From the NCBI GenBank assembly GCA_044229845.1, contig JBGASG010000002.1:224001-288000 (forward strand): DNA of 64,000 nt, written 5' to 3'. Position 1 is the first letter of the stretch. Each line of letters begins with the position of its first letter. The position numbers and the translations under genes are program-made. Below, piece after piece: positions 28,337 through 37,231 of this stretch. This DNA is from Candidatus Obscuribacteraceae bacterium. Its GTDB lineage: Bacteria; Cyanobacteriota; Vampirovibrionia; Obscuribacterales; Obscuribacteraceae. The notes beneath the pieces were generated by a model, which was not told the DNA's origin, did not search any database, and worked only from the letters and a program-made list of their open reading frames with translations.

Positions 28337-28984
28337 CTACTTCCGGGAGCCGAAGTCTTTTTGGCGCACGACCTGATCATTAAAGTGAGTTGTGATGTAG
28401 ACCACGGTTCCGGGACGCACCATGCCGTAGAGTTTGGAGATGTCCGAATTGGAGTGACGGACACATCCATGGCTCACATCCTTGCGGATTGATTTGGGAT
28501 CGTTCGTCCCATGCAGCATCAACTCTTCGCGGTCGAGGTAAAGCGCCGCCACGCCGAGTGGGTTTTTGCGATCCTTATTATATGGATGAATTGCCTTCTG
28601 CTTGGGGTCGATAGTTTTGGGTGGAATCCAGGAAGGCCACTTGAGTTTGCGCACTATCGTGTATCGCCCGGGCGGCGTCGGAGTGTCGTCGCTGCCGATC
28701 GAATTGGAAAAACTGTAGGCGCGAACCACCTTGGTCCCCTGCAATTGCAACACGTGAGTGAAGTGCGTGCTCGTATCCACTACCAGCAAAGTCGGCGAAG
28801 TCGAGCGATAGGGCGCAGTCGGCACCGGAGTTTTGATCACGTAATTTCCGTGAATGAAGGGAGCCTTACTAGCGGCTGACGATGCCGCACTGACGGGAAC
28901 GATCACCAGCATCAAAAGTGAGAGCGCCAGGCTGAAGATTTGCACGATTTGCAGCGGCAGTTGACGGTAGTTTTGGAGAAACAC
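28337..28984 (-). CDS. L,D-transpeptidase (YkuD/ErfK family)
   Basis: PTPPGRY, P.WIPP, NPLG and LHGT...SHGCVR catalytic motif. Confidence 0.92.
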   Translation of the reverse strand: MFLQNYRQLPLQIVQIFSLALSLLMLVIVPVSAASSAASKAPFIHGNYVIKTPVPTAPYRSTSPTLLVVDTSTHFTHVLQLQGTKVVRAYSFSNSIGSDDTPTPPGRYTIVRKLKWPSWIPPKTIDPKQKAIHPYNKDRKNPLGVAALYLDREELMLHGTNDPKSIRKDVSHGCVRHSNSDISKLYGMVRPGTVVYITTHFNDQVVRQKDFGSRK

Positions 28985-29020
28985 GATGTTCGATGCTCCG
29001 TAAGTAGATGTGATGTGATC

Positions 29021-29632
29021 TCAATGCGACGCGGCGCCGGCGGCATAGACCTCATATGGATCTATGTCGAAGGTCTTCCAGCTCTGTTTCTTGGGTCCCA
29101 TGACGCCAATTGAAAAATGCAAGTGAGGAGTGTTGGGCGGCGCGTTGCCGGAGGTTCCGACATAGCCGATCACCTGTCCCTTTTTAACGGCATCGCCGTC
29201 CTTCAGTCCGTTCGCATAACTTTCCAGATGGGCGTAGTAATAAACAAACCTGGTGCTCGGATCGATCTCGTAAATCGTGTGCCCACCCAACCGGCTTTCG
29301 AAAAGGCGAGCGATGGTGCCGTCTTCCACAGCATGGATCGGTGTATTTCGTGGTGACAAGATGTCGACCGCCTTGTGCTGCGACCCGCCATGTGTTTCGT
29401 AAAAGCTGCCCTTCAATCGCTCGACGTCGATTTTTTCGAGCGGCATCAACAGTTTCTTCGCTTTGAGCTCTGAGAGAGCCTGCTGTTTCCCCGCTTCACT
29501 CAGCACCACATCTGGTGCAGAGAATCCGGGCTTGGCAGTAGTCTCACCAAAAGATGACTGCGCAAAACCGACCGTCGCTACCAGTGCAATTGTCAGTGCT
29601 CCAGTTATGCCTGCAACGTGCGCCTTCATCAA
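29021..29632 (-). CDS. M23 family metallopeptidase
   Basis: HKAVD, YYAHL, GQVIGYVGTSGNA and HLHF motifs. Confidence 0.92.
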   Translation of the reverse strand: MMKAHVAGITGALTIALVATVGFAQSSFGETTAKPGFSAPDVVLSEAGKQQALSELKAKKLLMPLEKIDVERLKGSFYETHGGSQHKAVDILSPRNTPIHAVEDGTIARLFESRLGGHTIYEIDPSTRFVYYYAHLESYANGLKDGDAVKKGQVIGYVGTSGNAPPNTPHLHFSIGVMGPKKQSWKTFDIDPYEVYAAGAASH

Positions 29633-29787
29633 CCCTCCTGCCCCAGCAACGAAGCCGTCTATCCCTACTTGGAGAACAGACGAGGTTGGTGCGAAATCGG
29701 TTCCGCGGCGGCGGCGGCAACCGCGTTTACCGTGACACTCAGCCGTTCCTGAGGTAATATGGGCTTGATCCAGCTTCAGGTGAGTTC

Positions 29788-30195
29788 ATGAAGCCGTTGC
29801 TAGTGTGGTGCCTGCTCATCTCCCTCGTTTCATTAACTAACGGCGCGCCGGCTGAAGCGAAGCAGCCGACATATCGGGGCGCCCGTTCGACGGTGAAACG
29901 CAGAGCGCCACTGCCTGTGAGTGCGCCAGCACGGTGGACGGGCTGGCAGCGCACCATCAACCCACAGATATACATCCGCTTCGGCAAGTCGGCCGGCGTT
30001 AATCCGCAGTGGCACTGGCAGTTCGCCAACAAAAGCATGAGCGACGTAAAAATCAGCTTCACCCATAACACCGCGCGCCAGATGCTGCCGAAAGCCACGG
30101 TGCTGGTGGCGGGGAACAGCCTCAGCAGTGACCTATGCGACACAAACTTGGATGGCAAGCTGAAGCCGGAAATTAAAATCGAAAGTGTCGAATAA
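29788..30195 (+). CDS. Small secreted hypothetical protein
   Basis: Signal peptide ending AEA; beta-rich basic body. Confidence 0.65.
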   Translation: MKPLLVWCLLISLVSLTNGAPAEAKQPTYRGARSTVKRRAPLPVSAPARWTGWQRTINPQIYIRFGKSAGVNPQWHWQFANKSMSDVKISFTHNTARQMLPKATVLVAGNSLSSDLCDTNLDGKLKPEIKIESVE

Positions 30196-30285
30196 ACGCC
30201 CCAAACAGCGCATCAGTACGCTCTGCGGCTGAGCCAGGCACGTAAAGTTCCGCGTTTAATTCGTTGTTGCCAAGCGCCATTTCCA

Positions 30286-30312
30286 CGCAACCGGCTCGCA
30301 ACCGGCTAGAAT
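30286..30312 (+). promoter_or_regulatory. Tandem 11-bp direct repeat (CGCAACCGGCT x2) abutting a TAGAAT -10-like box
   Basis: Copies at 30286 and 30297, upstream of the repeat-protein gene. Confidence 0.4.
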
Positions 30313-30347
30313 TGCAAGATGTCACCTTCCGAGGCAGGTAAAATCCC

Positions 30348-31394
30348 ATGCAATTCCCGAAACGCTCACTGGCGCTTACTATCGGCTTACAGTTCGCCCT
30401 GATGGCGCCTGTCTGCTTTTCGGTCACCGGCGCCGGCGCAGTTGCCGAGGCAGCGCCCCAGCTAATTGCCGACAGCGCCAACGACGATGGTACCAGCCTC
30501 ACTAACGACTACGGAATCAAAAACGTCGGCACCAACGACAAGTCCAACCTGAAGGACGGCGGCAACGTGGCGAAAAACTCCGGTACCGCAGCCGCCACGA
30601 ATGACAAGGCGAACCTCAAAGACGATCAGGGCGTGACCAAAGATGCCGGTTACGCTGCCACCAACGAAAAGTCCAATCTCAAAGACGGTGCGGCACTCAC
30701 TAAAGATGCCGGCTACGCTGCCACCAACGAAAAGTCCAATCTCAAAGACGGCGCGGCACTCACTAAAGATGCCGGCTACGCCGCCACCAACGAAAAGTCC
30801 AATCTCAAAGACGGCGCGGCACTCACTAAAGATGCCGGGTATGCTGCCACCAACGAAAAGTCCAATCTCAAAGACGGCGCCGATGTCACCAAAGGCTGGG
30901 GGCGCGTTAAGACCAACAAAGCTTCCAACCTGAAGGACGATGCCGGTCTCACTAAAGATGCCGGTTACGCCGCCACCAACAACAAGTCCAACTTGAAGGA
31001 TGGTGCTGCTATCATCAAAGATTCGAACGTGGCAGATATCGCCCTCAACAAGAAGTCGAACCTCAAGGATGCCGACAAACTGAGCAAAGAAGCCGGTTAT
31101 GCTGCCACCAACAAGAAGTCCAACCTCAAGGAAGGACAGGGCACGCTCAAGACTCCGGAATACGGACCTGACAGCGAAAGCGGCAGCCTGCAGACCAAAG
31201 ACTTTGGCGGACCGGTCACCAACGATCAATCCAACTTGAAGGACGGTGCCAACGTTGCACAAGACGCCGCCAACAAGGGCACGCTCAAAACCACTGCGGC
31301 GGAAAAGAAAAACATCTCGCGTCCGAATGCCGAAAACAAAGACATCAAACGTCCGGCAGCGGAAACCAAAGACCTGAACACACCGCAAGACTAG
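30348..31394 (+). CDS. Secreted 21-aa repeat protein (11 x TNxKSNLKD motif)
   Basis: Signal peptide ending AEA; repeats AATNEKSNLKDGAALTKDAGY. Confidence 0.85.
   Translation: MQFPKRSLALTIGLQFALMAPVCFSVTGAGAVAEAAPQLIADSANDDGTSLTNDYGIKNVGTNDKSNLKDGGNVAKNSGTAAATNDKANLKDDQGVTKDAGYAATNEKSNLKDGAALTKDAGYAATNEKSNLKDGAALTKDAGYAATNEKSNLKDGAALTKDAGYAATNEKSNLKDGADVTKGWGRVKTNKASNLKDDAGLTKDAGYAATNNKSNLKDGAAIIKDSNVADIALNKKSNLKDADKLSKEAGYAATNKKSNLKEGQGTLKTPEYGPDSESGSLQTKDFGGPVTNDQSNLKDGANVAQDAANKGTLKTTAAEKKNISRPNAENKDIKRPAAETKDLNTPQD
30639..30880 (+). repeat. 63-bp near-perfect coding tandem repeat (about 4 copies)
   Basis: Units at 30639, 30702, 30765 and 30828. Confidence 0.92.
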
Positions 31395-31403
31395 GAACAG
31401 CGA

Positions 31404-32156
31404 GTGGGTATGAACTGGCAATCGATATCGCGCTGGGCGGCGACCGTGGCGACAGCAATGACGCTCGCATTCTCTTCGGGCGTTTCGCTGGCGGCTCCGG
31501 CGCCGATGTCGACCGACGTTTCTTTTCAAACAGCCTTCGACCCGCCCGGTTTTGCTTCACAGCAGTTCGTCAAAGTTCTGGAAGAAGCATTTAGAGTGCG
31601 CCTGTCCCAGACAGGCATCTTCGAGCCGCGCAATCAGCATGCCGGGGGCGAGCAGAAGAAGAAAAATAGCGATGCGAAATTGAAAAGCCTCAAGTGCCTG
31701 ATCTCAGGCACGGTCACTGTCGGCACCGACTACTACAAGACTCACGAAGCTGAAAGTCAGGAAGCAGAGCGCAATCCTAAGGTCAAGAAAAAGTCCAGCA
31801 GCAAGAGCCACAGCAGTAAATCGAAGAAAAGTAAGGCGACGGTCAACGAGCCACCGCCCACGGTGCTGGCTATTACGATCGATGCGCGGGTGATCGATCC
31901 GACTACCGGCGAGATACTGTCTGTGGCGAATACGGCGGCGAAGGCTTCGCAGCCGATCAAATTGCCGAGCGAGGACGAAATGAAATCCGAGAATTTCGGA
32001 GACTCACCATTCGGCGAATTGACGATCGATGCCGCGGCGCAGATCGTCACGCAATTCAATGCACAAGCAGAAAAGATCCAGAAGAAACTGACTCACGAGC
32101 CGACCAACTCATCGCCATCCGCGACAGGCGAACAGCCGGTGATTCAGGAACAGTAA
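31404..32156 (+). CDS. CsgG/HfaB-like exported protein
   Basis: Signal peptide; LSQTGIFE..R, LISGTVT and ITIDARVIDPTTGEILSVA match the CsgG/TolB-N-like family pattern. Confidence 0.6.
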   Translation: MGMNWQSISRWAATVATAMTLAFSSGVSLAAPAPMSTDVSFQTAFDPPGFASQQFVKVLEEAFRVRLSQTGIFEPRNQHAGGEQKKKNSDAKLKSLKCLISGTVTVGTDYYKTHEAESQEAERNPKVKKKSSSKSHSSKSKKSKATVNEPPPTVLAITIDARVIDPTTGEILSVANTAAKASQPIKLPSEDEMKSENFGDSPFGELTIDAAAQIVTQFNAQAEKIQKKLTHEPTNSSPSATGEQPVIQEQ

Positions 32157-32173
32157 CCGCTAACCGTTACTGG

Positions 32174-32971
32174 TTATTCGTCTTTGAGCAGCTCGAACTG
32201 ATTGTTCGGATCGACTTCCGGCATTGGTTTGCGGATGTCGATCAGGTGCATCAGATAGCTGGCCACTCCCAGAATCCGCGACGTGTCGGTGAGCGTGAAA
32301 TCCATAGCCGCCGGAATAGAGCGGTAGCGCAGCATGAATCCGACAAACAGGTCACGAACACCGATGCGATCGTATTCGGTGGCACTCTTATCCGTGAGCG
32401 GACCGGCTTCGGCATCGAAAGCCAGGTGCACCAGTTCGGGTCCTGTGGACATGATGCTGCCCTGCGTCGCATCGCGAACACCCGCCTCCAGCTCTTGCAC
32501 GGCAGCCTGAACAGCAGCGCGATACTGAGCCAGTTCGACGGGCCGCCAAGTGACATGAAAAATGCGGGGATGAAACTGCGCGGCTACAAACTCTCCGCAA
32601 GGAGGTTCCGGTATGACCGGCAGCGTTGATAGGAAGCCTTTTAGACGATCGATGCGCGCCCGCACCAGCACCGGAAATTCTTCCAGTTCGCGCTCCAGAT
32701 CATCCAGCTTGATGCTGGGGCGCATATAGACCTGCGATGAGAAGAACAGTGCCACCGACTCGGTCGTAAAGCACTCCTTCAGCGTATTGGATACGTTGTA
32801 GACCCAGCTGAAGTTCCTCTTCTTTAGATCTTCGATTTCTTCCAGCGTGGTGACGCGATTGCGGATCAAATCCAGCCCGTTGTTTATCTCGTTTTCGAGA
32901 ACTCGTTGCACCTGATCTTTAGGCATCTTCAGCGTCAGTCCGAGCGCTGGAACCGGGGGCAGCTGATTCAT
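32174..32971 (-). CDS. TIGR02391 (Ymh)-like domain protein
   Basis: FHPRI...YRAAVQAA..ELEAGVR...GPELVHLAF....GPL...GVRDLFVG pattern in the C-half. Confidence 0.7.
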   Translation of the reverse strand: MNQLPPVPALGLTLKMPKDQVQRVLENEINNGLDLIRNRVTTLEEIEDLKKRNFSWVYNVSNTLKECFTTESVALFFSSQVYMRPSIKLDDLERELEEFPVLVRARIDRLKGFLSTLPVIPEPPCGEFVAAQFHPRIFHVTWRPVELAQYRAAVQAAVQELEAGVRDATQGSIMSTGPELVHLAFDAEAGPLTDKSATEYDRIGVRDLFVGFMLRYRSIPAAMDFTLTDTSRILGVASYLMHLIDIRKPMPEVDPNNQFELLKDE

Positions 32972-33024
32972 TAGTAAGTCCCTTAAATCTCCGGGCGAAA
33001 AAACCGTTTCATCTTATCACCTAA

Positions 33025-33046
33025 GCCCAAGCGATATCGCTTGGGC
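33025..33046. repeat. Single 22-bp perfect palindrome of the GATATC element family
   Basis: GCCCAAGCGATATCGCTTGGGC; flank CTAAGCCCAAG is shared with 42601. Confidence 0.85.
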
Positions 33047-33063
33047 GTTTTTCCGCCCAGCCC

Positions 33064-33123
33064 TTGACATATCTAAGCCCATGCGCCAAAATGAATATTA
33101 GAGAAATCGGTTCATTATTCATT
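33064..33123 (+). promoter_or_regulatory. Promoter and candidate operator of the TetR gene
   Basis: TTGACA-N17-CAAAAT, overlapped by inverted repeat AATGAATA (33090)...TATTCATT (33116). Confidence 0.55.
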
Positions 33124-33206
33124 CGGGTTTGTGGCTATCCCGCCACAAAAACAGTCCCTGAATTGGCGTCCAGGCAGACAAACCTCCGGAAGGGCGGGCA
33201 GCTTAT

Positions 33207-33806
33207 ATGATGACCACAACCACGCAAAACCAAATACCCAGTAAGCGCGAACTGATCGTGCGCGCCGCGCGGCACCGTTTCCGCAAATACGGCATTCGCA
33301 AAACGTCGATGCTGGAGATTGCCACCGATGCCGGCATGGCAGTCGGCACCATCTACTTATACTTCAAAGATAAAAACGACCTGGTGATTGGCTGTTCGGA
33401 CTCGTTCGCCGAAAAGCACCAGAAGTTCGCCCGCAAGATTCTGCACGACCCGCGGCGCGCCGACGTCAAGTTGCTCGAGTACGTGACACATCGCTTCAAG
33501 GCCGTAGAAGAAACCCGCACCGGCTCCAACCACGCCGCCGACATCGCCCGCACTGTGATGACTCTGTTGCCGCAGCGCGCCGAAGAGGACAGACAGTGGC
33601 TGTATGACACCGTACTGGCTTTATTGAATGAAGGGGCGGAACAGGGCATTTTCCGGGTCGCGACGCCGCAGCTCGACGCGGAAGTGTTTGTTGAGTCGAT
33701 CCAATACTTCTTGCCGTGGGCGCACAAGCAGCCTTACAAAGAACCGACTCTGGAAAAACTACTGTTGATCACTAACTGGTTTATAGAGAAGTGGCTACTG
33801 GTTTAG
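33207..33806 (+). CDS. TetR/AcrR family transcriptional regulator
   Basis: AA...F...G...TS..EIA..AG.AVGTIYLYFKDKNDL HTH. Confidence 0.93.
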   Translation: MMTTTTQNQIPSKRELIVRAARHRFRKYGIRKTSMLEIATDAGMAVGTIYLYFKDKNDLVIGCSDSFAEKHQKFARKILHDPRRADVKLLEYVTHRFKAVEETRTGSNHAADIARTVMTLLPQRAEEDRQWLYDTVLALLNEGAEQGIFRVATPQLDAEVFVESIQYFLPWAHKQPYKEPTLEKLLLITNWFIEKWLLV

Positions 33807-35131
33807 CAAACGCTGACGGCGAAACCCGTATCGCGCCTTATCGCGCGGACAGACCGATTAGCCGACTGGCCACGCAGCGCGTCATCAACGATGTGTATGC
33901 CGGGCTCGGCTTACCGGCTCCGCAGATTATCTGGTGCGCCAGTCCGCGCCAGGTTATGGTACTGCCGGCGATGCTGGATTTGTGGCAGCGGCTGGTCGCC
34001 CATAAATTGCGGCACAACCCTGCGGGTGCGGCGCGCGAGGAGATTGCCGCGCAGCTGACGTTGTCTTTCTCGCAAGAACCCTGGCGCTCGTGCTGGCTGC
34101 ATCTGACCTCGCACTGCACCGACGAAGTGGTGCAAAAGCTCGATGAGATATTGTGTGATTTCGATGAACAGTACATTATGCAGATCGGCTTTCCGATCGA
34201 CGTAGACGTATTAGGCAAGCTTCAGATCAATCGTTTTCGAGGCGTGCCTTTGATCAATGAGCAAGTTCGGATGGAGAGAAACATCGGACCGGGAGTGCGG
34301 CCGTTGGCGAAATCGTCGGCGGTGAGCCAGTGGCCGCTTAACCAGCGACTGATGCGCGACTCGATTTGTATGTCGGCACAACTGGTGGAACAACTCGACG
34401 CCTACATGGCATGCGCTCCACAGTTATTTGAAAGGCAGTCGGAACTGGAGTTGACTGCCGGCACAAATAATATCTTCCCGCCGATGCGCACCGCCGAACC
34501 TCGCATTTTGCATGGCCGGTTGCGCACGGCAGTTCTGCACTCGCTGCAGGCGGTGATGCGGCGAGTCAGTATGGACATTCGTTATGACACACAACTCGAA
34601 AACAACGTGCAATTGTTATCGAGGGCGCCCGATGCGCCCTGGTGCTATCTGTTTCTCGAACACTACTGCTTCATCAGCGAACGCCCGATGGCGATAGCCA
34701 TGGATCAATTGTGGCGCCCACATAATCCGGATGGACCGGCGTTGAAATTTTTCGACGGCTATTCCGTTTATTCATTGCATGGGCGATTGAGCAACCCGCA
34801 CCTGATCGAAAAATCGGCATGCCCAATGACCGAACCCAGCGAAGCGCGAAAAGTGCAAGCGGTGAATGATTTGTGCTTGCGCCAGTTCGAGTCGCAGGAA
34901 CACTTTGATGAGACCTGCACCGTGAAGGTCTGCGAAGACGCTTCCGGTGTGCTCTACGAACGGTCCGACGTAGGAAACTTTGTCCGTGTCGAGGATGCCA
35001 CCACGACCATCCATGGAGACCGCAAGGTTTATGTCCTCTGCGTGCCGTCGGAGATCTCCTCCGCGCACGAAGCCGTCGCCTGGACCTTCCAACTCTCCGT
35101 GGATGAATACGGACCGAAAGTGGAAACCTGA
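33791..35131 (+). CDS. DUF6745-like domain protein
   Basis: Y..LGL.AP.IIW..SP, CFISERP, PHNPDGPAL.F.DGYSVYSLHG and Y.L.VP......EAVAWTF motifs. Confidence 0.7.
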   Translation: MATGLANADGETRIAPYRADRPISRLATQRVINDVYAGLGLPAPQIIWCASPRQVMVLPAMLDLWQRLVAHKLRHNPAGAAREEIAAQLTLSFSQEPWRSCWLHLTSHCTDEVVQKLDEILCDFDEQYIMQIGFPIDVDVLGKLQINRFRGVPLINEQVRMERNIGPGVRPLAKSSAVSQWPLNQRLMRDSICMSAQLVEQLDAYMACAPQLFERQSELELTAGTNNIFPPMRTAEPRILHGRLRTAVLHSLQAVMRRVSMDIRYDTQLENNVQLLSRAPDAPWCYLFLEHYCFISERPMAIAMDQLWRPHNPDGPALKFFDGYSVYSLHGRLSNPHLIEKSACPMTEPSEARKVQAVNDLCLRQFESQEHFDETCTVKVCEDASGVLYERSDVGNFVRVEDATTTIHGDRKVYVLCVPSEISSAHEAVAWTFQLSVDEYGPKVET

Positions 35132-35137
35132 ACTAAC

Positions 35138-36193
35138 TCACTTCGCTGGTTGCTTCGCTGCTTGTTCCTTGCGGTATTCATCAAGCAGAAACTGCACTCT
35201 GGCTGCCGGAATCACATAAGACTTGTTGTCGAGGTTGCTGTAGACAGTGATTCCTCTGATGGCGGAAGTGCCGGCCCTGGTGATACCATCGCTGGTTTTC
35301 TCGGATCCCGGCACACTGAGAACGACTCCACCCGAATAGCCGTGCGGAACAGTAGCTTCCAGTTCGTATATGGTTCTGTCCGGGAGGACGTATGGCGGTT
35401 GTTGATCGAACGGAACGTCTTTCTGAGTCAGCATCCGCCCATATCGAGTCTTTGCCATGCTGATCTTGCCTTCGCCGTTGGCATTGCCCATCTCAACGAG
35501 AGGCTCGCGCTCTCGCCAGCTGGTTGACTTGCTGAGCGGCAGAGCCGCAAAAGTCTCGCCGCTGGTGTGGTCGAGCTGGAGAAGAGCCAGGTCTTGTTTC
35601 TCATTTACTTTCACGACTCGCGCGTGGCGTACTTCCTCGGTTCCATCCGGTCTCAGCAATCTCACATCGAGAACACCGTTAGAGCCCTCGACGACATGGT
35701 GATTTGTGACCATGATGCCATCTTGCGAAATCATCGCGGCAGTGCCAGCACTCTTAAGCGTTCCATTTGTAAAAGAAACCGGACGCACGGCAGGCAGTGC
35801 GTGCACAAAAACATCGAGTCGGCGGCTGTCCATCGTGACGCCTTCTGTAGTCAGCCTTTCCAGCTTGGGTCTGGGTTGAAGTGTGGAGTCCCCATCGGTA
35901 TCTGCCCGCATGACGGGCGTTTTCAGCTCTCGGGAGCGACCGCTGCCATCGACCTGCCCGTAATAGCAAGAGTCGAATTCGACTGCGGAGAGCTGGGAGG
36001 CGTCTTTTCCGCTTCGGCGCACGGCATTGCAATCTGCGCCAGGAGTGCCGGGAGTATGCACCTGCTGAACGAAGGCATCGAGTGGTTTATGGACGTTTCC
36101 CTCATCGAAGGGTCCGCCCAGCTTCTTCTCCGGAGGCGCAGGCTCCGCCTTCTTCTCCTCCGGTTCGCTTTTCCAAAACCAGTTCCAGTTCAT
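35138..36193 (-). CDS. Trypsin-like serine protease (S1C-like, no PDZ)
   Basis: Triad motifs TNHHVV, QDLALL and HGYSGG. Confidence 0.85.
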   Translation of the reverse strand: MNWNWFWKSEPEEKKAEPAPPEKKLGGPFDEGNVHKPLDAFVQQVHTPGTPGADCNAVRRSGKDASQLSAVEFDSCYYGQVDGSGRSRELKTPVMRADTDGDSTLQPRPKLERLTTEGVTMDSRRLDVFVHALPAVRPVSFTNGTLKSAGTAAMISQDGIMVTNHHVVEGSNGVLDVRLLRPDGTEEVRHARVVKVNEKQDLALLQLDHTSGETFAALPLSKSTSWREREPLVEMGNANGEGKISMAKTRYGRMLTQKDVPFDQQPPYVLPDRTIYELEATVPHGYSGGVVLSVPGSEKTSDGITRAGTSAIRGITVYSNLDNKSYVIPAARVQFLLDEYRKEQAAKQPAK

Positions 36194-36273
36194 GCCAGCC
36201 TCCGGGACTCCAGGAATCCGGCTCCTTCGAGAGCAGGTTCCATTTAATTCCTTATACCCGCAAAAAGGCTGGA

Positions 36274-37141
36274 TTAAATCGTGGGGGCGGTGATGCGGGG
36301 TTGATCGGCAACCCAGCGATCGTGGCGCATCAGGGTGACGATGGCGTGACCGGTAAAGTCTTCGAATTCTTCCTGAGCCATTTGGTACAAATTGCGGCTA
36401 GGGGAGGCACCAGATGTGGTGGTGATACCAGATGGATTGGGAGCGGAGTCGCGATATGCCACCATGACAGGATCACCGAGCCATTCCTGGAAGAAACCAT
36501 CATGTCCCTTCTGCCGGCTGGCGGTGTCCGCAATCAGCAAGCCGACGGCGAACGCTGATGCACCTTGAAGCAACCGGGTAGCGCCTTCCAGAATGCGGAA
36601 ATTGCGCGCACGCAACTTGATGGATGCAGGATCGATGTATTGACGGCGTTTCAAATTGACGACTACGAATTCCGGTTCAGCAATGGTTTCATCATTCCAT
36701 TGCGCGCGCTGATCTTCGTATCCTTTCACGAGCGCACGCTGCAACGCCAGTCGTAAGTGCTCGCAGTCGGTGGTGACAGCCAACTCTGTGAGGACGCTTA
36801 ATGTTTGCGCGTCAACTTCATGCTGGTGTCGGTTTACCAAAAGCGCCAGGCGATCTGCCATGACGGGATCAAATGCGCAGAGCATGCCGATTGCTTTGAC
36901 CGGCGACATCAGGGCGACCGTGGTCATCACCAGTGACGATCACCGTGTCACCAGCCCAATAACCAATCAACTGATGCGCGCGGTGCTGCGGCGCGATATC
37001 GCTGACCAGAAGACCCAGCGTCAGCCCTTGCGTGGCGCTGAGCAAGCCGTTGAAGCGCGAATTGAATGGCAGGCGGTGATGCGACAGATATTGCCGCTTC
37101 GCTGGATTTACGGTGATGAAATATTCGCCCATCTGAACCAT
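36274..37141 (-). pseudogene. Two-domain internally duplicated hypothetical gene broken by a deletion/frameshift near 36900
   Basis: ORF 37141-36869 (YFITVNPAKRQYL...GLLVSD...WAGDTVIV) matches the second domain in ORF 36930-36274 (FVVVNLKRRQYI...GLLIAD...WLGDPVMV) and continues in another frame. Confidence 0.6.
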
Positions 37142-37231
37142 CAGGCCTCGTTGCGGGGCTTGCCCAAGCTGCCGCTTGGCATGAGATAATAGTCTATCTC
37201 GAAAAAGCTTCTCGCCAGGCTAAAGTTAAGA

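Noticed and set aside
30348..31394. Repeat protein as a multi-core RiPP precursor
   Set aside because: No modifying enzyme, dedicated peptidase or exporter is adjacent; a structural role fits better.
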